DNA of 64,000 nt. Source: Burkholderiales bacterium (GTDB lineage Bacteria > Pseudomonadota > Gammaproteobacteria > Burkholderiales > Burkholderiaceae_C). The translations under genes were made by a program, and so were the position numbers. Every line of letters starts with the position of its first letter. The first letter of the stretch is position 1. Positions 51,923 to 60,928 of this stretch are shown piece by piece. The notes under the pieces were generated by a model. The model did no database searches and had not been told where the DNA came from. It saw only the letters and a program-made list of their open reading frames with translations. The DNA lies in the NCBI GenBank assembly GCA_038250795.1, contig JBBSBZ010000001.1, forward strand, positions 2,842 through 66,841, written 5' to 3'.

Positions 51923-53431
51923 TCAGTCCTCGGAGAACGCGACGTCGCGCTTCTTCCTGATCGACGGCAGCGTGACGATCAGGATCAGGAGGGCCGCGGC
52001 GATCAGCAGGCCCGAGGACAGCGGATGGGTGACGAAGGTGCCCCAGTCACCGCGCGAGAGCAGGAGCGCGCGGCGCAGGTTCTCTTCCATCATCGGCCCG
52101 AGGATGAAGCCGAGCAGGAGCGGCGCGGGCTCGAGGCCGAGCTTGTAGAAGAGATAGCCCACCAGCGCGAAGATCGCCGTCATGTAGACGTCGAACGTGC
52201 TGTTGTTGAGCGTATAGACACCGATGCAGCAAAAGAGCGTGATCGCGGGGAACAGGAGCCGGTAGGGAACGGTGAGCAGCTTGATCCACATGCCGATCAG
52301 CGGCAGGTTGAGGATGACGAGCATGGCGTTGCCGACCCACATCGAGGCGATCAGGCCCCAGAACAGCTGTGGGTTGGTCGTCATCACTTGCGGGCCGGGC
52401 TGGATGCCCTTGATCATCATCGCGCCCACCATCAGGGCCATCACCGGGTTGGGCGGGATGCCGAGCGTGAGCATCGGGATGAACGAGGTCTGGGCACCGG
52501 CGTTGTTGGCCGACTCCGGACCGGCGACGCCCTGGATCGCGCCCTTGCCGAACGGAATGCGCGGCTTGACGACCATCTTCTTCTCGACCGTGTACGACGC
52601 GAACGACGAGAGTAAGGCACCGCCACCGGGCAGGACGCCGAGGATCGAGCCGAGCGCGGTGCCGCGCAGGACCGAGGGCCATGCTTCCTGGAAATCGCGC
52701 CGGTCCGGCCACAGGCCCTTCACTTCCCTGGTGAAGACCTCGCGGTGCTCGACCGGCTGGCCGAGGTTGGCGATGATCTCGCCGAAGCCGAACACGCCCA
52801 TCGCGATGACGACGAAGCTGATGCCGTCGGTGAGCTGCGGGATGTCGAAGCTGTAGCGCGCCGTGCCCGAGATGACGTCGGTGTTGATCTGCGCCAGCAG
52901 GAGGCCCAGGATGATCATCGAGATCGCCTTCAGCAGCGACCCGGAGGCGAGGACGACGGCGCCGATCAGGCCGAGCACCATCAGCGAGAAGTACTCGGCC
53001 GGACCGAACTTGAAGGCCAGCTCGGTGAGCGACGGCGCGAACGCGGCGATGACGACGGTGCCGACGCAGCCGGCGAAGAACGAGCCGAGCGCAGCCACCG
53101 AGAGCGCAGCGCCGGCGCGGCCCTGGCGCGCCATCTGGTAGCCGTCGATCGCGGTGACGACCGACGACGACTCGCCCGGCACGTTGATCAGGATGGCTGT
53201 CGTCGATCCGCCGTACTGCGCGCCGTAGTAGATGCCGGCCAGCATGATGAGCGCCGGCGTCGCGTCGAGCGCGTAGGTCGACGGCAGCAGCATCGCGATC
53301 GTCGCCACCGGGCCGATGCCGGGCAGCACGCCGATCAGCGTTCCGAGCAGGCAGCCCAAGAACCCGTACATCAGGTTCTGGGCCGTGAAGGCCACGCCGA
53401 AGCCGATACCGAGGTTGTGGACGAGATCCAT
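51923..53431 (-). CDS. tctA: Tripartite tricarboxylate transporter large permease TctA
   Basis: GTLIGVLPGIG, YGAQYGGS..AIL...PG, GPESANNA and LGIPPN. Confidence 0.93.
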   Translation of the reverse strand: MDLVHNLGIGFGVAFTAQNLMYGFLGCLLGTLIGVLPGIGPVATIAMLLPSTYALDATPALIMLAGIYYGAQYGGSTTAILINVPGESSSVVTAIDGYQMARQGRAGAALSVAALGSFFAGCVGTVVIAAFAPSLTELAFKFGPAEYFSLMVLGLIGAVVLASGSLLKAISMIILGLLLAQINTDVISGTARYSFDIPQLTDGISFVVIAMGVFGFGEIIANLGQPVEHREVFTREVKGLWPDRRDFQEAWPSVLRGTALGSILGVLPGGGALLSSFASYTVEKKMVVKPRIPFGKGAIQGVAGPESANNAGAQTSFIPMLTLGIPPNPVMALMVGAMMIKGIQPGPQVMTTNPQLFWGLIASMWVGNAMLVILNLPLIGMWIKLLTVPYRLLFPAITLFCCIGVYTLNNSTFDVYMTAIFALVGYLFYKLGLEPAPLLLGFILGPMMEENLRRALLLSRGDWGTFVTHPLSSGLLIAAALLILIVTLPSIRKKRDVAFSED

Positions 53432-53482
53432 GGCGGGCCGCTTTCTCCTTGAGTGGGTCGGCCCGTTCCGGGCGCGTCGGCG

Positions 53483-54001
53483 CTAGCGGAGCAAGGCGGG
53501 CCAGACCGGAATCGGCAGCTTCAGCCCGTAGACGAAGATGAGCCAGGAAAACGCGGTCAGGACGAAAGCGCTGAGGAGCGCGCTCTTCCAGTGGAACTCG
53601 TCGCCGGCCAGGCTGGCGACGATGATCAGCACCGGCACGGTCAGGGCGAGCCCGACGGGCTCGAGCATCACGCCGAAGATCGCGATTCCCGTCACGATGA
53701 CGAGCAAGGGCCGCCAGGCGATCGTGCCGATGCGGTCCCCGCCCTCGCTCTCGATCGTGAGCGACTTGAAGAGGACGAGGGCGCCGAGGATCGCCAGCAG
53801 GATCGCCAGGCCGAGCGGAAAGTAGCCGGCGCCGGGATGCGCGGAGAGCTGCGACATGCGGGCCCAGAGGTTGGCGGCGCAGGGGTCGTTCGCGGGGCAC
53901 TCCGGTCCCATGCTGTAGTTGGTGGCGCCGATCGCGAAGCCGACGCCGACAACCACGAACATCAGGCCCGACCAGAAGTCGCGCTCGCTCTTGATCTTCA
54001 C
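53483..54001 (-). CDS. tctB: Tripartite tricarboxylate transporter small subunit TctB, with an extra Cys-containing loop
   Basis: GTG start KIKSERDFWSGL, PG.GYFP, four TM helices and C-terminal GLKLPIPVWP. Confidence 0.85.
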   Translation of the reverse strand: MKIKSERDFWSGLMFVVVGVGFAIGATNYSMGPECPANDPCAANLWARMSQLSAHPGAGYFPLGLAILLAILGALVLFKSLTIESEGGDRIGTIAWRPLLVIVTGIAIFGVMLEPVGLALTVPVLIIVASLAGDEFHWKSALLSAFVLTAFSWLIFVYGLKLPIPVWPALLR

Positions 54002-54127
54002 GAAACCTCTCTGCCCCTGTCGTGGAGCCGCGATTCTAGGGAGCGACCCCCGGCGACCCCGTCTGGTTTTCACCGAGCGCAAAGGCGGTTCGCGAACCCG
54101 CGCTCTGCGCGCCGGTCGCTGCCGGAC

Positions 54128-56089
54128 CTATTCCCAGGCGGGCGTCGCGCGAAGCACCTCGTCGAGCGTGGTCAAGCCTTCGGCGACCTTCATCGCGCCG
54201 GCCAGACGCAGCGGACGCAGGCCGTCCTGAAGCGCCTGCTGGCGCAGCCGGCCCTCGTCGCACACCGGCTGGATCGTGCTGCGCGCGGCGTCGCTCACGG
54301 TGAGGAGCTCGAACAGGCCGGCCCGGCCGCGAAAGCCGGTCATGCGGCACTCGAGGCAGCCGACCGCCTTGTAGGGACGAACGCCGCCGTTGAGCCGCCA
54401 CGGCTTGACGACCTCGTGCAGCGTCTCGCGCGTCACCTCCTCGTCGGGCTGCTTGCACGCCGGGCAGAGCGTTCGCACGAGGCGCTGCGCGAGCACCCCG
54501 GCCAGCGTGGAGCCGATCAGGTAGGGCGCGACGCCGAGGTCGTTGAGGCGCGTGATCGCCGACGCCGAGTCGTTGGTGTGCAGGGTCGAGAAGACGAGGT
54601 GGCCGGTGAGCGAGGCCTGGATCGCCATGTCGGCGGTCGCGAGGTCGCGGATCTCGCCGACCATGATGATGTCCGGGTCCTGGCGCATCAGCGCGCGCAG
54701 GCCTTCGGTGAAGCCGAGGTCGATCCCGCTCTGCACCTGCGTCTGGTTGAACGCGGGCTGGATCATCTCGATCGGGTCCTCGATCGTGCAGACGTTGACT
54801 TCGTCGGTGGCGAGGCGGCGCAGCGTCGAGTAGAGCGTCGTCGTCTTGCCCGAGCCGGTCGGGCCGGTGACCAGGATGATCCCGTGCGGCCGTGCCGTGA
54901 GCTCTTCCCAGCGCCGGCCGTCGTGGCTGCCGAAGCCCAGGCTCTCGAGCGTCTTGACGGTGGTATCGGGATCGAAGATCCGCATCACCATCTTCTCGCC
55001 GAACGCCGTGGGCAGCGTCGACAGCCGCATCTCGACCTCGTCGCCGGCGGGATTCCTGACCTTGATGCGGCCGTCGAGCGGACGGCGCCGCTCGATCACG
55101 TCCATCCGGCCGAGCAGCTTGACGCGCGCCACCATCGCGCTCATCACGCCGGGCGGCAGCTGGTAGACCGTATGCATCACGCCGTCGATGCGAAAGCGGA
55201 TGACGCTTCGCTCACGGCGCGGCTCGAGGTGAATGTCGGAGGCGCGCTGGTCGAAGGCGTACTGCCAGAGCCAGTCGACGACCTGGATCACGCCCGAGTC
55301 GTTCGCGTCGAGCTGCTTGCCCGACTTGCCGAGCTCGACCAGCTGCTCGAAGTTGGCGAGCGCCGCCGACTCGCCCATCTTGGTGGCGTTGCGCACCGAG
55401 CGCGAGAGCGCGTAGAACTCGGTCGTGTAGCGCGCGATCTCGGTCGGGTTGACCAGGACGAGCTTGATCTTGCGCTTGGTGTGCGCCTCGATCTCCGGCA
55501 CCCAGGCGATGTCGAGCGGCTCGCAGGTGGCGATCGTGACCTCGGTCGGGCCGAAGCTGAGCGGCAGCGCGTGGCGCCGCTCGGCGTACTGGATCGACAT
55601 CACGTCGGAGACGCGACCGACGTCGACCTTGAGCGGATCGATCCGCTGGTACGGCATGTTCGAACGCCGGGCCAGCCACTCCGTCAGCGTCTCGGTGTCG
55701 AGCAGCTTGCCGTCGCCCAGGCGCGTGAGCCCCGCGCTGCCCAGGCGCACGAGCGGATGCTGGGCGCTGTTGCCGCCGGCGAAACGGCGCGCGGTGCGCT
55801 CGATGTCCTCGGCGCTCAGGATCTTGTCGTCGCGCAGCCAGGCGAGCACGGTGCGCCAGGTGAGCTTGCCGCTCGACACGACGTTGAGCGTGAGATCGGT
55901 CTGCGCGAAGTTCGAGGTCGGCCGGGCCGAGCCGATCGAGCGGCCGAACTCGCTCTCGCGCCCCTGCGTGCTGTCGCGCGCCGCGCCGATCGGGCGCGCA
56001 CCGGCCGCGGCCAGATCGCGCTGCACCGACCGCAGGGCCGCGGCGGCTGGCTCCTTGCCGGGTTCCGGAGGCACGATCTTGGGTTTCAT
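54128..56089 (-). CDS. GspE/PulE family secretion/pilus assembly ATPase, stand-alone
   Basis: ASDIHLEP, GPTGSGKTTTLY, TIEDPIE, RQDPDIIMVGEIRD, GHLVFSTLHTN and a Cys4 zinc motif. Exact start uncertain. Confidence 0.9.
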   Translation of the reverse strand: MKPKIVPPEPGKEPAAAALRSVQRDLAAAGARPIGAARDSTQGRESEFGRSIGSARPTSNFAQTDLTLNVVSSGKLTWRTVLAWLRDDKILSAEDIERTARRFAGGNSAQHPLVRLGSAGLTRLGDGKLLDTETLTEWLARRSNMPYQRIDPLKVDVGRVSDVMSIQYAERRHALPLSFGPTEVTIATCEPLDIAWVPEIEAHTKRKIKLVLVNPTEIARYTTEFYALSRSVRNATKMGESAALANFEQLVELGKSGKQLDANDSGVIQVVDWLWQYAFDQRASDIHLEPRRERSVIRFRIDGVMHTVYQLPPGVMSAMVARVKLLGRMDVIERRRPLDGRIKVRNPAGDEVEMRLSTLPTAFGEKMVMRIFDPDTTVKTLESLGFGSHDGRRWEELTARPHGIILVTGPTGSGKTTTLYSTLRRLATDEVNVCTIEDPIEMIQPAFNQTQVQSGIDLGFTEGLRALMRQDPDIIMVGEIRDLATADMAIQASLTGHLVFSTLHTNDSASAITRLNDLGVAPYLIGSTLAGVLAQRLVRTLCPACKQPDEEVTRETLHEVVKPWRLNGGVRPYKAVGCLECRMTGFRGRAGLFELLTVSDAARSTIQPVCDEGRLRQQALQDGLRPLRLAGAMKVAEGLTTLDEVLRATPAWE

Positions 56090-56880
56090 TCGGGAAAGTC
56101 GTTGGAGGGGCGGGCTGCCGATGACGCCGCCGCGGGCCGCATCATGCGCAGCCACTTGCGGGCCGGCAGCTGCCACCGAGTTTCGATGGTTTCGGCACGT
56201 CGGGCAAGCTCGTCCCGGCCGGGTAACGTGACATGCTTCATCGCCAGCACGACGGTGTTGCCCTCGCGCGTCGGCTTGAGCGAGAGAACGCCCTCCAGCC
56301 CGAAGGCGGCGGCGATGCGCTCGAGACTGGTCTCGAAGCTCGCGTCGCGGCCGAACAGGTTCACCGTCATCACGCCGCCGTGGTCGAGCAGGTCGAAGCA
56401 GGCGCGATAGAAACGCGCGCTGTCGAGCACCGGGCTGGCCGCCTCGTGGTCGTAGAGATCGACGCAGAGCACGTCGGCCGAGGCACGACGGGCGGCGTCG
56501 CTGACGTAGGCGAGCGCATCGCCTTCGATCACCTCGAACTTCTCCGACGAGGCCGGCAGCCGGAACCAGTGCCGGCAGGCCTGGATCACGGCCGGGTTGA
56601 GCTCGACGACGGTCGTGCGCATCTTCAGCTGCTTCGCGCAGAAGCGCGTGATCGCGCCCGCGCCGAGGCCGAGCTGCACGGCACGCGCGCCGGCCAACGC
56701 GTCCGGCTCCATGCAGAGCATCCAGACCATCATCCGTCGCACGTACTCGAGATCGATCTCGAGCGGCTCGTCGATCTTCATCGCGCCCTGGATCCCGGGC
56801 GTGCCCAGGTGCAGGTAGCGCACGCCGTCGGACTCCGAGATCGTCACCTCCGGCAGCGGATCGCCCTTCCTCGCGCTCAT
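56086..56880 (-). CDS. Spermidine synthase-like SAM-dependent protein
   Basis: VRYLHLG, QLGLGAGAI, VVELNP, GDAL and VDLYD. Confidence 0.85.
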   Translation of the reverse strand: MSARKGDPLPEVTISESDGVRYLHLGTPGIQGAMKIDEPLEIDLEYVRRMMVWMLCMEPDALAGARAVQLGLGAGAITRFCAKQLKMRTTVVELNPAVIQACRHWFRLPASSEKFEVIEGDALAYVSDAARRASADVLCVDLYDHEAASPVLDSARFYRACFDLLDHGGVMTVNLFGRDASFETSLERIAAAFGLEGVLSLKPTREGNTVVLAMKHVTLPGRDELARRAETIETRWQLPARKWLRMMRPAAASSAARPSNDFPE

Positions 56881-57779
56881 GCGGACGCCGCCATCAGCGC
56901 GGCCAGTCGTGGCAGCGAGCGCAGCGCGTTGGCGCTCGTCGCGACGGCGAAATCGGCGGGCGGCACGCGACGCAGCGCCGCGAGCTCGGTGCCGATGCGT
57001 GCCAGCTCGGCCGATTCGTTGCGCATCGATGCGCCTGCGGCACGCGCCTCGGCCGTGCGATAGCGCCATTGCGGCGCGATGTCGGGCGAATCCGTCTCCA
57101 TCACGATCGCGTCGATCGGCACCGCCTCGCCGACGCGCCGGATCTTCAGCGCGCGCTCGAACGTGACGGCGCCGCCGAACCCGAGCCGAAAGCCCAGCGC
57201 CACGAACGCCTCGGCCTGCTGCTCGCTGCCATTGAAGGCGTGGGCGATGCCGCCGCGGCCGGGCCGGCGCCGCAGATGCTTCAGCACCGTGTCGACGGCG
57301 CGCCGCACGTGCAGCAGCACCGGCAGCTCGAACTCGGCGGCGAGCGCGAGCTGGGCCGAGAAGAAGCCCTCCTGGCGCTCGCGGTCGAGGCCCTCGATGA
57401 AATGATCGAGGCCGATCTCGCCGACGGCGACCAGGCGCGGATCGTTGCGCTGCATCTCGAGGGCCGCGCGCAGGACGTCGAGGTCGCCGGCGCCGGCGCG
57501 ATCGGTGCACATCGGATGGATGCCGAGCGCGTACGACAGGCGGTAGCGATGCGCCAGTTCGCGGACGCGTGCGAAATTCCCGGCGTCGACCGCGGGAATG
57601 ACGATCTGCGCGATGCCGGCCGCACGCGCGCGCTCGACGACGGCGTCGCGGTCGGCGTCGAATTCGGCGGCGTCGAGATGGCAGTGCGTGTCGATCCAGG
57701 CCGGCGTGCCGACATCGCCGCCGGGCACCTTTTGGGCGCCCGCGCCCGCAGGTCGTTCGGACGGCGGCAGTTCTGACAT
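56877..57779 (-). CDS. TatD family hydrolase
   Basis: IDTHCHLD, YALGIHP, AVGEIGLD, LHVR, HAF and METDSPD. Alternative start at 57788. Confidence 0.92.
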   Translation of the reverse strand: MSELPPSERPAGAGAQKVPGGDVGTPAWIDTHCHLDAAEFDADRDAVVERARAAGIAQIVIPAVDAGNFARVRELAHRYRLSYALGIHPMCTDRAGAGDLDVLRAALEMQRNDPRLVAVGEIGLDHFIEGLDRERQEGFFSAQLALAAEFELPVLLHVRRAVDTVLKHLRRRPGRGGIAHAFNGSEQQAEAFVALGFRLGFGGAVTFERALKIRRVGEAVPIDAIVMETDSPDIAPQWRYRTAEARAAGASMRNESAELARIGTELAALRRVPPADFAVATSANALRSLPRLAALMAASA

Positions 57780-57916
57780 CGACGCCATGATGCCTCGCTC
57801 GCCGCGACGCCCTTCGCCTCTGACAAGTCATTGCCGCCGTGCTACCGTAGGCACGAAGGTCGGCGGCTGTGGCGGCGCAAGTCTTGCGTGCCGGTCGGCC
57901 CACCCCCGCGGCCCGG

Positions 57917-58855
57917 ATGACCCCGATGAAACGAGTCCCGCTGTACAGCCGTTCGCACCGACCGGTCGAGCCCGTTCCCGAATCGGCATCGGCGGCGTCT
58001 GAAGCTGCTGCGGCAACCGGGCCGGCCACGAAGCGGTCGCGCGTCACCGGCGCGCTGCTGCGCCAGGAGCGCCGGCTCTGGGCGCTCGCGGTCATCGCCC
58101 TGGCCGCGGCGATCTGGTGGCTCGGCCCGACGTTCAACGCCAAGGCGCCGCTCACGATGGAGCAGATCGAGGCGGGCGTGCGCCAGTCGATCGAGGACAA
58201 GCCGCTCGTGTCGCCGGCTTCGCGCGCCTACGACGCGATCATCCCCTCGGTCGTGCGCGTCGTCGGCCTGATGACCGAAGGCGACGACGGCTCCGAGGCC
58301 AAGGAGAACGGCACCGTCGAGCGCGGCATCGGCACCGGCGTGGTCATCATCGACAACGGCACCATCCTCACCAACCTGCACGTCGTCGCCGGTGCGAAGA
58401 GGGTCCGCGTCACCTTCTTCGACGGCTCCGATTCGGAAGCGGTCATCCTCAGCACCCAGCCCGAGAACGACCTCGCCGTCCTGCGCGCCAGAACCATCCC
58501 CGACGACCTCGAGGCGGCGACGATGCGCTCAACCGCCGACCTCGCCTCGGGCGACCACGTCGTCGCGGTCGGCTTTCCGTTCGGCATCGGTCCGTCGGCC
58601 TCCGAAGGCATCGTCTCGGGGCTGAAGCGCCAGTTCCGCTCTCCCGACGGCCAGCAGATGCTGAGCAACCTGATCCAGTTCGACGCCGCCGCCAACCCGG
58701 GCAACTCGGGCGGCCCGCTGGTGACGATGGACGGCGAGGTGGTCGGCATCGTCACGGCGATCCTGAATCCGAACCGGCAGCGCGTCTTCATCGGCATCGG
58801 CTTCGCGGTGCCGATCGAGAACGCGGCCGCGGCGGCGGGCATGCCGCCCTTCTGA
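57917..58855 (+). CDS. Membrane-anchored trypsin-like (S1C) serine protease without a PDZ domain
   Basis: TM helix LWALAVIALAAAIWWL, GTGVII..LTNLHVV, ENDLAVL and ANPGNSGGPL; ends right after IGFAVPI. Confidence 0.88.
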   Translation: MTPMKRVPLYSRSHRPVEPVPESASAASEAAAATGPATKRSRVTGALLRQERRLWALAVIALAAAIWWLGPTFNAKAPLTMEQIEAGVRQSIEDKPLVSPASRAYDAIIPSVVRVVGLMTEGDDGSEAKENGTVERGIGTGVVIIDNGTILTNLHVVAGAKRVRVTFFDGSDSEAVILSTQPENDLAVLRARTIPDDLEAATMRSTADLASGDHVVAVGFPFGIGPSASEGIVSGLKRQFRSPDGQQMLSNLIQFDAAANPGNSGGPLVTMDGEVVGIVTAILNPNRQRVFIGIGFAVPIENAAAAAGMPPF

Positions 58856-58925
58856 CGTCGCGCGCGTTCCCCGATTCCCATCGCCGGCGCCGCGCCGATC
58901 CCTCTTCCACTGACCCAGGCTCGCG

Positions 58926-59918
58926 ATGACCGACTCTTCTTCGATCCCGGCCGAGGCCGCCACGCTCATGGAGCGCGTGCTCTACGAGGTCAAGCGCGTC
59001 GTCGTCGGCCAGGATCACTTCCTCGAGCGCGTGATGGTGGCGATGCTCGCCCAGGGCCATCTGCTCGTCGAGGGCGTCCCGGGCCTGGCCAAGACGCTCA
59101 CCGTGAAGACGCTGGCGCAGACCCTGCGCGGCACCTTCAAGCGGATCCAGTTCACGCCCGACCTGGTGCCGGCCGACCTCGTCGGCACGCGCATCTTCAA
59201 CCCGCGCACGGGCGAGTTCAGCACCTCGCTCGGGCCGGTGTTCACCCATCTGCTGCTCGCCGACGAGATCAACCGCGCGCCGGCCAAGGTGCAGAGCGCG
59301 CTGCTCGAAGTGATGCAGGAGCGCCAGGTGACGATCGCCGGCGAGACCCACAAGGTGCCCGAGCCTTTCCTCGTGATGGCGACTCAGAACCCGATCGAGA
59401 CCGAAGGCACCTATCCGCTGCCCGAGGCCCAGGTCGACCGCTTCATGATGAAGGTGCTGGTCGACTATCCGAGCGAGGAGGAGGAGTTCGTGATCGCGCA
59501 GCGCGTCACGGGTGCGCCCGTCACGATGAGCCCGATCGCCAGCATGGGCCAGCTCCAGGAGCTGCAGCAGGAGTGCCGCAAGATCTACGTCGATCCTTCG
59601 CTGATCCAGTACGCCGTCAAGCTCGTCAGCGCGACCCGCCGACCGGATCGCTACGGTCTCGGCGACATCGGCCAGTACCTCACCTTCGGCGCCAGCCCGC
59701 GCGCGACCATCGGCCTGATCGAGGGCGCTCGCGCGCTCGCCTTCATGCGCGGCCGCAGCTACGCCCTGCCCGAGGACATGACCGGCCTGGTCGGCGACGT
59801 GCTGCGCCATCGTCTCGTCCTGTCGTACGAGGCGCTCGCCGAGGGCATCGATGCCGACGCCCTGATCGCCCGGGTGATGAAGAAGATCCCGGTGCCCGAC
59901 AAGCCGCTCGAGAAATGA
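58926..59918 (+). CDS. moxR: MoxR family AAA+ ATPase
   Basis: EGVPGLAKT, RIQFTPDL.PAD, LADEINRAPAKVQSALLE, ATQNPIE and GASPRA. Confidence 0.95.
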   Translation: MTDSSSIPAEAATLMERVLYEVKRVVVGQDHFLERVMVAMLAQGHLLVEGVPGLAKTLTVKTLAQTLRGTFKRIQFTPDLVPADLVGTRIFNPRTGEFSTSLGPVFTHLLLADEINRAPAKVQSALLEVMQERQVTIAGETHKVPEPFLVMATQNPIETEGTYPLPEAQVDRFMMKVLVDYPSEEEEFVIAQRVTGAPVTMSPIASMGQLQELQQECRKIYVDPSLIQYAVKLVSATRRPDRYGLGDIGQYLTFGASPRATIGLIEGARALAFMRGRSYALPEDMTGLVGDVLRHRLVLSYEALAEGIDADALIARVMKKIPVPDKPLEK

Positions 59919-60928
59919 CCGACGCCGCACCTTCTGCGCGGGCCTCGCCCCACGACGGCGCGGCCGCTGCGATCGAAGCGTCCGGGGCGCTTCTGAAGCG
60001 GCTCGAGTGGACCGTGATGCGGCGCCTCGACGGCCTCCTGCAGGGCGACCACCGCACGCTGATGCGTGGCGCCGGCCTCGACCTCGCCGACCTGCGCGAG
60101 TACCAGCACCACGACGACGTGCGCCACATCGACTGGAACGTCACGGCACGGCTGCAGCAGCCCTACGTGCGCCAGTTCACCGAGGACCGCGAGCTTTCGG
60201 CATGGTTCCTCGTCGACCTCTCCGCGAGCGTCGATTTCGGCTCCAATCGGCGCACGAAGCGGATGGTCGCGCGCGAGTTCGTCGCCGTGCTGGCGCGCCT
60301 CCTCACCCGCCACGGCAACCGCATCGGCGCCCTCCTCTACGGCACGAGCGTCGACACGATGCTGCCGGCGCGTGGCGGTCGCCGGCACGTGCTCGAGCTC
60401 CTGCAGCGCATGGCCGAACGGCCGCCCGAGGCCGCGGCCGGTGCGACGGATCTGCGCGACCTCCTGCTCGCCGCCCAGCGCACCGTCAAGCGCCGCTCGA
60501 CGATCTTCGTCATCTCCGACTTCATCAGCGCGCCGGGCTGGGAGAAGGCGCTCGGCACCTTGTCGCTGCGCCACGAGGTGACCGCGGTGCGCCTCTTCGA
60601 CGCGCTCGAGATGAACCTGCCCGACATCGGCCTGATCACCATGAAGGACGCCGAGACGGGCGAGCAGATCGTCGTCGACACCCACCATGGCGGCTTTCGC
60701 AAGCGCTTCGCCGCCGCGGCCGGGCGGCGCGAGACGACCCTGCGCGAATCGCTCGGGCGCGCCGGCGTCGACACGCTCGAGCTCGGCACCGACGACGACC
60801 TCGTCGAGGCGGTGCTGCGCTTCACCGACCTGCGCAAGCAGCGCAGCCGGCTCGCCAACTGGAGCGGCGCGGGCCGCCGCTCGGTCGACCACGTGCGGCC
60901 GACAGCGGCCGCGTGGACGTCGCCATGA
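59915..60928 (+). CDS. DUF58 family protein
   Basis: DLREYQHHDDVRHIDWNVTAR, VRQFTEDR, DLSAS and FVISDF. Confidence 0.9.
   Translation: MTDAAPSARASPHDGAAAAIEASGALLKRLEWTVMRRLDGLLQGDHRTLMRGAGLDLADLREYQHHDDVRHIDWNVTARLQQPYVRQFTEDRELSAWFLVDLSASVDFGSNRRTKRMVAREFVAVLARLLTRHGNRIGALLYGTSVDTMLPARGGRRHVLELLQRMAERPPEAAAGATDLRDLLLAAQRTVKRRSTIFVISDFISAPGWEKALGTLSLRHEVTAVRLFDALEMNLPDIGLITMKDAETGEQIVVDTHHGGFRKRFAAAAGRRETTLRESLGRAGVDTLELGTDDDLVEAVLRFTDLRKQRSRLANWSGAGRRSVDHVRPTAAAWTSP

Noticed and set aside
56790-56812. GTPGIQG instead of the more familiar GTPW(I/V)QG in the spermidine-synthase-like protein
   Set aside because: A single substitution; its significance cannot be judged without an alignment or reads.
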